From Histomonas meleagridis 2922-C6/04-290x (Eukaryota; Protista; Parabasalia): 64,000 nt of DNA. The stretch is from the NCBI GenBank assembly GCA_020184695.1, contig JAANOX010000179.1, positions 1-64,000 on the forward strand, read 5' to 3'. The notes below the pieces were generated by a model that saw only the letters and a list, made by a program, of their open reading frames with translations, was not told where the DNA came from and ran no database searches. The position numbers were made by a program, and so were the translations under genes. This document shows, piece by piece, positions 21,401 through 30,115 of this stretch; position 1 is the stretch's first letter, and every line of letters starts with the position of its first letter.

Positions 21401-22191
21401 AAAATTGGATTTTTAATGTTACGATATACCCAAAAAATTCCATAAAAGATAGAAAAAAAAGACACAACTAATATGGAATATGAATTTTTATAGACATTAG
21501 ACATGGATAAGATAAAAATATAAAACATATCAAGTAAATTAAATGGAGGATTCCAAAATGAAAATGATCCTGGTCGAATGATAACTGAAAAATAGGTTCC
21601 ATATTTATACGCAAAATGATTAAACATTAAACATATATATAAAATAACAATTCCCAATAAAACAAATGTATGATATGATATAAAGGTAAAATCATCAATT
21701 CGTGACATAAAATTAATGCCAAGAAGTTTGCCAAGAATGATGGTAAAATAAAGAGGTACATAAAATAATGTTATGTGTAAGTATGTGGCTTGAAAAGTAC
21801 TAAGTTTTCTTGATTTAAAAAAATGTGTAAAAAGTATCCACTGTGATATAACTATAAAAGCAGTTAAAACAAGAAATGTTAAGGTTGTTTGGGCAAAAAT
21901 ACCACGAAACATTGAGAATTGTTCATTGTCAATTTTTGAATTCGTGTTATAATCAATATCAAAAAAATTAATCGGAAGAGAAAAATGCAAAAGTGAGAAA
22001 GAAGCTAAGATGAAAAAGAAAAGCCATAGAAAAAAATCTGATACTTGCCCTATTTTTGAATAACCTATAATGTATTGAAGAAAAGAGCAATATTGTTCTG
22101 AATTAAGGAGGCGTGATGAATTTGATTTGTTCATTATTGAGTCTAGCACCATTTCTAAGTTTAATGATGATTTGCGCTTTTCTTTCCGCAT
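18415..22191 (-). CDS. Multi-pass membrane adenylate/guanylate cyclase-like protein with PAS-like segment and degenerate class III cyclase domain
   Basis: 1258-aa ORF with many TM segments. ILSCNLLVAQFTNLYPFQLIGQ is PAS-like. The C-terminal AITFGKV...VIGGVPVERAHRI...GMCYID aligns by eye to the class III GIxxGxV...xxGDTVNxAxR pattern. Confidence 0.65.
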   Translation of the reverse strand: MRKEKRKSSLNLEMVLDSIMNKSNSSRLLNSEQYCSFLQYIIGYSKIGQVSDFFLWLFFFILASFSLLHFSLPINFFDIDYNTNSKIDNEQFSMFRGIFAQTTLTFLVLTAFIVISQWILFTHFFKSRKLSTFQATYLHITLFYVPLYFTIILGKLLGINFMSRIDDFTFISYHTFVLLGIVILYICLMFNHFAYKYGTYFSVIIRPGSFSFWNPPFNLLDMFYIFILSMSNVYKNSYSILVVSFFSIFYGIFWVYRNIKNPIFIYRIGIFFHCKLGFDILFFGISTSINYFTESSFPINYIFAFFIVFFNSALSMFITSIPKKFIKNDEIKINLIRDSYDALTCFRYSICNSNMLIKEKGFLNWILQNRFSPSLLADITKVCLILKYPLNEFVVDNTSFSTIDNLSLNLLAYQVYIYKNTNLINDEQNIKELIQQKLYAAAEFIEIYWKKHEYQLSLYEIGKYFHNLTWEIENYSNLYRRCSSIQKICNYYFNDMICSSTFLTKKDPYKLIGNSKGTIFEFMLNDSTNTNTKHKSSFLDKFIKDLFRKLIRPVFYYFLFLFLLILFYLLLFGAFSNQNSFILYNKFMKSTKYSISGLLLVHSYLSQLDNIVTYPSITITSLETFLNISTHELNTYWTNKISTVDYNFDFTVDLSILNNTYPLSYLFFTKYQLTTNLKDESIIKYVKYLNNYVNALLNLSRNEINDISNYREDNKWVKIFIIFFVNVIILTILLGIVIKFYDKDYNHKLLEAIKFNSFSTKTKMRKEKIQTNLGFMNQYLLYILNLILIFLICIIYFIWKENYQFSIHDLTLNTYKICELAIKIKEIMGITIIVADNHPNLIHYSDLIHENCNSLYIILNEIKKLQKINKYLDPIQLPNFSETNQESISTNIYNFCSFAKSITSFDSISFFFTRYIYNRYLSILNITSIENYIINNTNSLQEISFVYWVGNITIVFGLVFLFISYIYFHNKKKIWYYGANILLRRAIKYNFQLVPKILDILPIKKDDFLNIIPLPSVICRNNQTEQTRIILSCNLLVAQFTNLYPFQLIGQDFNRIFNQNFENKKFEFSVYHSKDIDIELILIVDVTETSKYESFNYELNKSITPKFKVPFYKKVIYFKARIRTSIDPEILFQNFDDIEKEFNISENKNNAIKRISCALTFYSAIISKKCMLNNLLEMVSKLNALTQNKIICAITFGKVSCFSLLKDDTNIVIGGVPVERAHRILCNGDIGMCYIDYKLVPKDKLIEDNIILISNLKK

Positions 22192-22482
22192 TTTTTCCCC
22201 TCGTGAAAACGTTAATTTTGAACAACGATCGAAAGCAATTCAAAAATTTTCTATATGTTTGAAAGTTTTTTTCAAATTTCCGAAGATATCATCTAATTTT
22301 ATCAAAAACTGAAAATTTTCAACACCATTATTAAAAATAATATTATTAAATTATTATAATAATTGTTAAAATGTATTACATTTTTAATTCATTGTTCATA
22401 TCGGTAAATATTGGGAAGAAAATATTTAAAATCAATTAAATTAAATTTCATACATTATTTTAATCAATTAAAATAAAGAAAA

Positions 22483-24282
22483 TTAAATAATGTTCTTTTT
22501 TAATATTCTTTCCAAATACACTTTTCTTCTAACAGCATTAGTGAAGCCCTCATTATACTTATAAATGATAGTTGGCCTTTCTTCCACTTGTGTCTTTTGA
22601 GTTGTTATTTCTTGCCCCCAAAAGTCCTTTACAGTTGATTTCTTATTTTGTTGACTCTTTAATTTGTCGGAAATTCTTTTACCGCCGAAACTTTGTTGAG
22701 ATATAATTTGATCTTTATCCAATTCCCTTTGCATCATTTCTCTAAACTTCGACAAACCTAACAACGAATTCTTATTAAAACATAACAATTGATCAATATC
22801 CGGTTCGGAAACATAATGACCGAAATTATTTTTCTTATAATTAATCTTTATCATTTTATGGAATTGTATAAATCTTTCTCTTAGTTTATCCATTGTAACC
22901 GAATTTAACATATGAACTAATTGTGGATCCGGATTTAGATAACATTGGATAAGTTGTATGTTTTCCCTTAGTTTCGGATTATGTGAAAGAAGTTTCATGT
23001 TCTTATGAATCATAGCTTCTTTCCCAAGTGAATCCGAAGGGAAAAAGAGTTGTTGTTTAGCAGGATGACTTGTACCAATTTTCGGTACTGATGCTAAACC
23101 TAATGATGATAATTCACCATGAACTATGTCACTATAACATAACCCATCAAGGACTTCTAAATATCGATGTCCTGTTGGATCATTATGTTTAACATGTTCA
23201 ATGTTCTCTAATATTCCGGTGGAAATAAGATTATTATTACCAAATGTTTCTAGAATATTAAGAGACTCATCAAGATGCGTACTAGTTAAAAATAATGAAC
23301 TCCATACATCAAATGGCCCAAGTGTCGAATTCTTTAATCCAACAGGCATTAGATGTACAAGCTCTGATGTAATAGGTTGTTTTAATGCTAAAAATTGTAA
23401 TGTATTAAGTGCTGTTCGCATATCAAATCGAGAAAGTTCAGCAATATCAGCAATGGCTTGCGGAGTATACTTAAGATTTTCGTTTTCCGCAATTTTCTTG
23501 AGTCGGGTAATGAATTTGTCAGATGGCGGTGGCGGCATTTTGACAATTGTCGAATGATTTCGAAGGTCGCGAATAGATGGGGAATATGCATCATTGACAA
23601 CAACTATAACAGGGACATTAGTTTTGTTTAAAATGGCTTTGATGACAGAATCCGTGATTGTTCCAATTCCATCCATCTCTTCAACAACAAAAAGTGATCG
23701 TGTACATTCACTAAATACAGGTTTGAAGTTAAGCCCATTTTGTAAAAGAATTTGGTTGCGTTCTTCTTTGACATCATCACTTGCATTTATTTCAACAATG
23801 TGATATCGACAATATGAAGCAACAACACGGATAAGAGTTGACTTACCACAACCTGGAGGACCAGAAAGTAAAAGAATATGTGATGATTCAACTGATGGTT
23901 CATCATTATTTTTGGCATTCCTTCTCTTTCTGCCTTTTTTTGTTGGCTTTGGAACTGTACGCTTTTGGAAACAGCGGAGCCAGTTAAGGACTTGCTTATT
24001 GACTTTTTCATGGCTAATAAGATCAGAATATGATTTTGCATAATACTTATCAACATATGGAATATCAGAGATTTTATCTATATTTATTTCATCAAATGGT
24101 GGGTTGTTAACCCAAGTAACATCATAGTGAGAAAGTCTTTCAAAATATGGTGGAAGGGAATCATATTTTGGAATTATAATTGATTTTCCCGAAAAAGTTG
24201 TGGCTCTAATTGAATTTAAAAGATATGTTTTTCTTTTTGGCGGCTCTTCTTCTTGATAATCATCAAACTCGCCATGGTTCAT
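22483..24282 (-). CDS. CTF18: Chromosome transmission fidelity protein 18 (alternative RFC clamp-loader large subunit)
   Basis: AAA+ LLLSGPPGCGKSTL, EINASDD and DMRTALNTLQF, plus the Ctf18-specific C-terminus YKYNEGFTNAVRRKV. Confidence 0.92.
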   Translation of the reverse strand: MNHGEFDDYQEEEPPKRKTYLLNSIRATTFSGKSIIIPKYDSLPPYFERLSHYDVTWVNNPPFDEINIDKISDIPYVDKYYAKSYSDLISHEKVNKQVLNWLRCFQKRTVPKPTKKGRKRRNAKNNDEPSVESSHILLLSGPPGCGKSTLIRVVASYCRYHIVEINASDDVKEERNQILLQNGLNFKPVFSECTRSLFVVEEMDGIGTITDSVIKAILNKTNVPVIVVVNDAYSPSIRDLRNHSTIVKMPPPPSDKFITRLKKIAENENLKYTPQAIADIAELSRFDMRTALNTLQFLALKQPITSELVHLMPVGLKNSTLGPFDVWSSLFLTSTHLDESLNILETFGNNNLISTGILENIEHVKHNDPTGHRYLEVLDGLCYSDIVHGELSSLGLASVPKIGTSHPAKQQLFFPSDSLGKEAMIHKNMKLLSHNPKLRENIQLIQCYLNPDPQLVHMLNSVTMDKLRERFIQFHKMIKINYKKNNFGHYVSEPDIDQLLCFNKNSLLGLSKFREMMQRELDKDQIISQQSFGGKRISDKLKSQQNKKSTVKDFWGQEITTQKTQVEERPTIIYKYNEGFTNAVRRKVYLERILKKNII

Positions 24283-24583
24283 TTGGTTGTTTAATCGTGT
24301 ACGTTAACTAATTCTTGTCAGTTTTCTATTTATGAACCAGCAAGCTATTGCTCTCTGATTTGTCTTTTACCAAAAATCTTTGCGTTTTTTCTCAAGACTT
24401 ATACGAACATAACACTAAATACAAATATTTTATTCATCAAATAATTATTAAAAACGTATTTTATTCTAATTGAATTTGTATGTAATCAAAATTAGTGAAA
24501 AGTTTCTGTAAGGTCCATTTGCTATAATTTAGAGAAAAAAATGAATTAATTTGATCAATTGGAACCTTATTTAAAATTCGAAA

Positions 24584-24796
24584 TTACCATAACGCTGGAA
24601 GTGATGCCGTTGAAGGTGCTTCTTGCTTGCTTATGTTCAATGATGGATTTAAAATGTATGAAATCATTGGACTTATATTTGATCGAGAAATTTCTTCTGG
24701 TTTTTCTATTGCCTCTCTTATTTTTATTGTTGTTTGGTAATCACCTGTTAGGATAATTGGTGTAGAAGGATCGAATCTTGCAGAACCTTCAGACAT
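24584..24796 (-). CDS. Small 70-aa hypothetical protein
   Basis: ATG start, coding-like composition, and an AACGGTT motif 19 nt upstream. No family recognised. Confidence 0.45.
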   Translation of the reverse strand: MSEGSARFDPSTPIILTGDYQTTIKIREAIEKPEEISRSNISPMISYILNPSLNISKQEAPSTASLPALW

Positions 24797-25001
24797 ATGT
24801 TTTAGGGCAGTCCAAAACCGTTAAAAAGTCGAGTAAACTTATCAATACAAAATTTTGTTCAGTGACTTGGCATCCACTCGATCTGCAGCACCGATAATTT
24901 GCTTTATCATTCGCATGTTTAAAAAGGATATACAATTTGTATGTAGAGTTCAATGTTTTGATTAAAAAAAAAAAAATAAAAACATAATTGATTAAAATAT
25001 T

Positions 25002-25457
25002 TTAGCATTTGAATATCTTCGAAACAAACGCTTTAAATGCTGTCCACCCAACAGTATTTAAGGTAAGCATGAAGAAGAATAAGGCGAAAACTTCAACAAT
25101 AACAAAGATAACAGCCAATGCAGTGGACTTAACAGCAAAAGCAGAAATGAAAACCATGACAATTGCACCTACAAGAACAATTGATGAAACAAGATGAGCC
25201 ATTTCTTTTAATTTTTGGAAATGTTTCTTTGGACCAGCAATGAAAAAGCTTCCACCAACTGATGCAACAATACCTAGAGTATAAACTACTGCGAATATAG
25301 CTAAATCTCCAGATGAGAAGCTTATGAATGAAAGGAAAGAGAAAAGAATACCTACCGCACTGCAAATTACGCCGGCTATAACTCTTGTCTTAAATGAAAG
25401 ATCGCAACATCCTTCATCATCATTGTCGCCGGTGAGAGCCATTCCAAGGGTTGACAT
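25002..25457 (-). CDS. SFT2: SFT2/Got1-family vesicle transport protein
   Basis: LSFKTRVIAGVIC, FAVVYTLG, FFIAGPKKHFQKL and four TM helices. Confidence 0.88.
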   Translation of the reverse strand: MSTLGMALTGDNDDEGCCDLSFKTRVIAGVICSAVGILFSFLSFISFSSGDLAIFAVVYTLGIVASVGGSFFIAGPKKHFQKLKEMAHLVSSIVLVGAIVMVFISAFAVKSTALAVIFVIVEVFALFFFMLTLNTVGWTAFKAFVSKIFKC

Positions 25458-25951
25458 TTTCCTATGTCACTTTTAATTCAATTCAATATGGTTATAACTT
25501 TTTTCAGTAAGAACCGTTGAAAACAACAAAAGTACGAGAAACTAAAGGAAAAAATGCTTATTGCAGATCACATTTTTCTACTTTCCTCATAATGTGTATT
25601 CTAAATTTTGTTTTGTGATGTCTGAAATAATCAAAATTATAATTTTTTATCGAGATGGATTAAGTTTTATTAAGGACCTAATAAAATAAAAACAATGTTA
25701 AAATATACAAATTATGAAGAAAAAAACAATGGGTTCTTATACATCTAAAGTTTTAAATTTATGATTTAATTAATTTTTAAAAATCTATTTTAATTTCCTT
25801 TTATTTTTTGGCTTTATTTTAGCTACCATGTAATATCCATTAAATTTATTCTATCAGTAATTAGAAAATATTTACATAACCGAGAAGTCAGAAAGTATGT
25901 GCACATGTTTGCTTTGGCTCGCTTAACGTACTCAGAAAGTGACAATTTCTA

Positions 25952-26383
25952 ATGAGCAAAGAAATACAGACAATTAAAGCAAGGATTGAGGAGATCTCCA
26001 AAAAAATAGAAGAAGAAAAGGCTAATGAAGAGCAGGACCAAGAGAATTCAATAGAACCAGCGCCTGATAATAATAATAATAATAATAAGTCGGATGATTG
26101 TTCAATTTGGGTTGGAAATGTTGACTGGTCCGTAAAGAAGGAAACTTTAGAAGAATTTTTTGGATGCTGTGGAAAAATAAAAAGATGTACAATTCCAAGC
26201 GATCATTGGACACACAAACCTAAGGGTTATGCATACATTGAATTTGAAGAAAAAGGTGCTGTTCAAAACGCTCTTTCATTTGATGGCCACTTATTAAGTG
26301 GAAGAAATATTAAAGTTACACAAAAGAAAGAAATTCCACACGTGCGTTCAGTCCGTAGGAGGCGTGCTTTCCGCAGGCAGTAA
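25952..26383 (+). CDS. PABPN1: Nuclear poly(A)-binding protein 2-like single-RRM protein
   Basis: N-terminal coiled coil, RRM (SIWVGNVD; KPKGYAYIEF) and an Arg-rich tail. Confidence 0.8.
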   Translation: MSKEIQTIKARIEEISKKIEEEKANEEQDQENSIEPAPDNNNNNNKSDDCSIWVGNVDWSVKKETLEEFFGCCGKIKRCTIPSDHWTHKPKGYAYIEFEEKGAVQNALSFDGHLLSGRNIKVTQKKEIPHVRSVRRRRAFRRQ

Positions 26384-26446
26384 CTTATATTATAACCCCT
26401 AAAAAAATACAATTTTTTTTTCCTCTTGCAATCACTTTTTGAATAA

Positions 26447-26454
26447 AAACGGTT
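26447..26454 (+). promoter_or_regulatory. M3-like (RRCGGTT) core promoter element upstream of the U1 candidate
   Basis: AAACGGTT about 22 nt upstream of ACTTACC. The same motif lies 18-19 nt upstream of the ATGs at 4367, 24796 and 37309. Confidence 0.45.
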
Positions 26455-26475
26455 TTGAGTGTCCGACCAATTCCT

Positions 26476-26685
26476 AACTTACCCGTTGAGGATGGATGCT
26501 TCCTATTACTCCTATAGAAGTTAGGTACAATAAGCCTGAACTGAGATCTTAGATGTGTGGTCGAAAGGGAGGCGATGGCTTACATAATTTTAAATTACTT
26601 GGTTGATTTAGAAAGCATTGCATTAATGCTTTTACTAGCATCTCTGGTAATTACCAGCGTATAAAATTTTGGGTGCACTCACATT
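26476..26685 (+). ncRNA. U1 snRNA candidate (enlarged, about 210 nt)
   Basis: ACTTACC at 26477-26483; GATC loop-like at 26545-26548; GGCGATGGCTTA at 26571-26582 (cf. GGCGAGGCUUA of metazoan U1); AAAGC-ATTGCATTAAT-GCTTT U1A-type loop at 26612-26632; CGTTG/CAGCG helix-H-like pairing (26484-26488 with 26655-26659); Sm-like AATTTTGG at 26665-26672. No ORF; GC content above the flanks. Confidence 0.55.
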
Positions 26686-27122
26686 AGTTTAATTATTTGA
26701 TTTTGTGAATGAATCAATTCATTAATTCTTAAATCCTTCATACTAATTCATACTTGAAATGTTATAGTGTATAGATTTTAAGGTCTTATAAACCAATAGC
26801 AAAACATTGCAACATATGTTCTAATACATATCATGATCTAAATCATTATTTTCATAAAATAATTTCTTAAATATCATGTGATATTGCGCTGAAAGTCCAC
26901 ATGTGTAAATTGTATTTTTTTCATCAGTAGTTTTTTGGTGTTTTTGTTGAAGCTTGTGCTACTTTACACTTTTCTGTAAATAATAGAATCGAGAAAATAA
27001 AATTTTATCACACTGTTAAGAAGGCAATGAATCGATTCACCCAAAAAAACCCTTTCGATTTAAACAATTTTATTGTCTAAACAAAGCATATTTAGAGAAA
27101 ATGGTTTGCCCTTAGTGACAGT

Positions 27123-27869
27123 TTACTTTAGAACAAATGTATAAAGAGGTAAGAGTTCCTCATTCCATCCTGGTTGCTTTCGCGCTTCAACTAATCGCAA
27201 TTCTGCCTTCTCAAACAACTCCAAGTAATGAACGTAAGCTCTGCAGATACCTCTATCTTCTTCATAGAATGTTGCAGCCTCCTTTTTCTCTTTTAAGTCT
27301 TTACTAGTAATGTTGTCTTTCACAAATATATATCCGTTTGGCTTTAAATGATTTTTACATCTCACTAAAAATGAGATGGCATCATCATCAGTTAAATACA
27401 TAATAGCCCATTGGACCCAAAAGGCATCGTATTGACAATCAGGGGTCCAGTCTTGAATGCCAGATACAAATGTGCGGATTTTAACTTTATCATCTTTCAT
27501 AATCTCGGTGGCTTTTTCTAAAAATGATCCAACTGGATCAATTAAGTCAATGCTGGTGAAGTATTCGCAAAGGGCATAATGAGAAACTCGTCCAATGCCT
27601 GCACCACAGTCAGCAATGTTTTCATTTCCCATTTTTTGAAGTTTTGATTTTTGTGGTGGATTTTGGTATTTCGCGATTGTTTCCATGGTGTCATAAATAT
27701 CTATACCTGAAAGATCCTTATAGCCACCAAGCATTCCATTATCATTTTGTTCTTGTTTTGACCAATAATCAGTGGAAACGTTGTACCAATTATTTGCATA
27801 TGTCTTAAAAACATCATCAGGATTTGCAAATTGAGCTTCTGCTTCACCACTCGAACTTTCAGTTTCCAT
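27123..27869 (-). CDS. NTMT1: Alpha-N-terminal protein methyltransferase (NTM1/Tae1)
   Basis: YW...GMLGGY, DCGAGIGRV, WVQWAIMYLTDDD and GYIFVKDN. ATG at 27869. Confidence 0.92.
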   Translation of the reverse strand: METESSSGEAEAQFANPDDVFKTYANNWYNVSTDYWSKQEQNDNGMLGGYKDLSGIDIYDTMETIAKYQNPPQKSKLQKMGNENIADCGAGIGRVSHYALCEYFTSIDLIDPVGSFLEKATEIMKDDKVKIRTFVSGIQDWTPDCQYDAFWVQWAIMYLTDDDAISFLVRCKNHLKPNGYIFVKDNITSKDLKEKKEAATFYEEDRGICRAYVHYLELFEKAELRLVEARKQPGWNEELLPLYTFVLK

Positions 27870-27944
27870 GTGGCTAATAAACGTTCGTCGATAATTCAAT
27901 ACTTTATTTGAAAATTTTTTCGGTTAATTTTTGCTCGACCACAA

Positions 27945-29300
27945 ATGAAAAGAAGACCAGAAAAGAAAAAACAACACAAATGTATTGAAAATCGAAAAAA
28001 AATAAGAAAAGACCCTGATTTTGCTTCTCTTCAAAGGGCCAAAGAAAGGCTTGAAAAACGTCAAAAAAATCGAAATCTAGATTTACATCAACAAAACAAA
28101 TATGATAGATATTCTGAAATAAGAAAGGCTTTAAACGAAAACCCAGAAACAGCAGTTGTTGAACAATCTGCTGCTCATGAAGCTTATCGTACAAAGTATT
28201 TTAGTCAATTCAAGAAAGTTGTTGATTTATCGGATGTCTTATTAGAAGTTTTAGACATTCGTGATCCAATGGGATGTCGTTCACCAAAGCTTGAAGATTA
28301 CATTCTCAAGCGTGGAAAACGAATTGTACTTGTTTTAAACAAAGCAGATCTTGTTCCTGTCGAAGTTGCCAACCAATGGCTCAATTTTCTTCGCCGTGAA
28401 TTTCCAACAGTTCTTTTTAAGAGTTCGAATAATCCCACTAAAGCAAATTATGTACCATTACACAACGGTAAATGGAGGTCTTCTGATTGTTTTGGTGTTA
28501 ACGAACTTATCATTCTGTTGAACAAATATTCCGGAGGAACACATATTGTTGCAGGAATTATTGGATCACCAAATGTTGGTAAATCCTCTGTTATCAACAG
28601 TCTTTCCCGTCGTCCAGCAGCTGGTGTTGGTTCTACTCCCGGCTTTACTAAAGTGATGCAAGAAATTGATGTAACCAACAAAATCAAAATCCTTGATTGT
28701 CCAGGTGTAATAACATCATCAAATTCCGATGTCACTCCCTCAATGGTACTTCGTAACTCTATCAAAATCGAACTTCTCGAAGACCCAATAAAGCCGGTAT
28801 CGTTCATCATTGAAAAAGTTCCAAAAGAGCAGTTGGTCGATCTCTATGGAATTGGCACTTTTGCCGATGCGGATGACTTCCTCAGACAACTTGCTATAAA
28901 GCGTGGAAAGCTGTACAAAGGAGGAGAACCTGACCTTGATGCTATGGCTCGTATGGTTTTAGACGATTGGAATAAGGGACATATCAGATATTTTACAATT
29001 CCTCCACCTGTTGATGAAACAATTGCAGAATCTACGGAACTTATCACACCTAACGGAGAAGTATATAACATTGGAAGACAAATTAATTTGACTGAAGAAG
29101 ATTTCCGAAACTTCCAGATTCAACATGTCTTCCAAGTGGTAAAGAAGACAAGGAAAGAAGAAAGAATAGAAGAAGGCAGTGATAGTGAAGGAATGGATGA
29201 AGAACCTAAGCAAGCAAATGTTGAACTGCCAGTTGAACAGAAGGAGGAACTTGATCAACTTGCACAAGAGTTCCAAGGAATATCTTTCGTTGGATTGTGA
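27945..29300 (+). CDS. GNL3: Nucleostemin/Nug1-type circularly permuted nucleolar GTPase
   Basis: Basic N-terminus, SDVLLEVLDIRDPMGCR, LNKADL (G4), GSPNVGKSSVIN (G1), DCPG (G3) and KGGEPD. Confidence 0.9.
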   Translation: MKRRPEKKKQHKCIENRKKIRKDPDFASLQRAKERLEKRQKNRNLDLHQQNKYDRYSEIRKALNENPETAVVEQSAAHEAYRTKYFSQFKKVVDLSDVLLEVLDIRDPMGCRSPKLEDYILKRGKRIVLVLNKADLVPVEVANQWLNFLRREFPTVLFKSSNNPTKANYVPLHNGKWRSSDCFGVNELIILLNKYSGGTHIVAGIIGSPNVGKSSVINSLSRRPAAGVGSTPGFTKVMQEIDVTNKIKILDCPGVITSSNSDVTPSMVLRNSIKIELLEDPIKPVSFIIEKVPKEQLVDLYGIGTFADADDFLRQLAIKRGKLYKGGEPDLDAMARMVLDDWNKGHIRYFTIPPPVDETIAESTELITPNGEVYNIGRQINLTEEDFRNFQIQHVFQVVKKTRKEERIEEGSDSEGMDEEPKQANVELPVEQKEELDQLAQEFQGISFVGL

Positions 29301-29469
29301 TTATTTTAGGTTATAAATAAATGATTTAACTAATTATATTGAAAGATACAAATTAAAAATTTGACTCAAAAAAAATTCTTTTAATGAAAATTTAAATCAA
29401 AAATCATGTAAAAAATTTCTGGAAAAAAATGAAATATAATCTGAAACACTTTTAGTAAATTCAAAAAAA

Positions 29470-29839
29470 TCATAACAGATCTCCTCTAATTGAAAGCTCG
29501 CGTGCATCGCGGCATAGATTGCATGGATAACAAAAAGTAAATCCAATGCAATCATTAACTTCGTCTGGTTCTATATTATACTTGATCCGAATTAGTCGTC
29601 TTGTCCAAAATGGACTTGGTGAACAAAAGCAATCTGACGTTAAAAATGAAATATACAAATGCATCTGTAATCTTCATTCACTGATGTTAAAAAATAAATA
29701 TACTTAATGAAGCCATTGTACGACCTGCAAGACAGCATGGGCAAAATAAGCCTCCTTTTGGTTAAAATAAAAACAAACGCATGCAAATTCCCATATCACT
29801 AAAGCAATCAAAAGCTGATGTTGAATATTTTTCGCTCAT
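29470..29839 (-). CDS. PLAC8-family Cys-rich protein (99 aa), 4 exons: 29839-29779, 29754-29704, 29680-29657, 29633-29470
   Basis: Removing three GT...TTTAAC..AG introns (29755-29778, 29681-29703, 29634-29656) gives a 300-nt ORF: MSEKYSTSAFDCFSDMGICMRGLFCPCCLAGRTMASLMNEDYRCIYCFCSPSPFWTRRLIRIKYNIEPDEVNDCIGFTFCYPCNLCRDARELSIRGDLL. Confidence 0.85.
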
Positions 29840-30115
29840 GTTTTGGATAACAAATTAGTTATCGTTATTTAGGGGGACCCAATGATGTTGGTTTCAGAAA
29901 TTAAGCATTGAATAAGTGAACGTAGTGCATGTTGAAAAAACAATTTCACTAATATGATGTTTTACAAACGTATGGAAATTTTTAATGGGTAATACAGTCC
30001 TGTTAATGTGCACAGCTGATAGGGAAATTGACAAGCAATTGAATAATAAACAATTGTTTTATATTCAATTTTTGAATTCTAGAAAAGGGGTAAAAAAAAA
30101 AAAAATAAGTACTTT

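Noticed and set aside
26627-26640. U5 snRNA loop I (TGCTTTTACTAGCA)
   Set aside because: It lacks one C of the invariant GCCUUUUAC, has no supporting long stem, and overlaps the better U1A-type stem.
26456-26681. RNase P/MRP-like pseudoknot (CGACCA/TGGTCG, CCTAACTT/AAGTTAGG, TAAGCC/GGCTTA)
   Set aside because: The CR-I GAAAGUCC pattern is absent at the required position, and 6-8-bp complementarities are expected by chance in about 230 nt. It remains an alternative fold if U1 fails.
26891-26898. GAAAGTCC resembling RNase P CR-I
   Set aside because: No CR-V partner or structured GC-rich sequence downstream.
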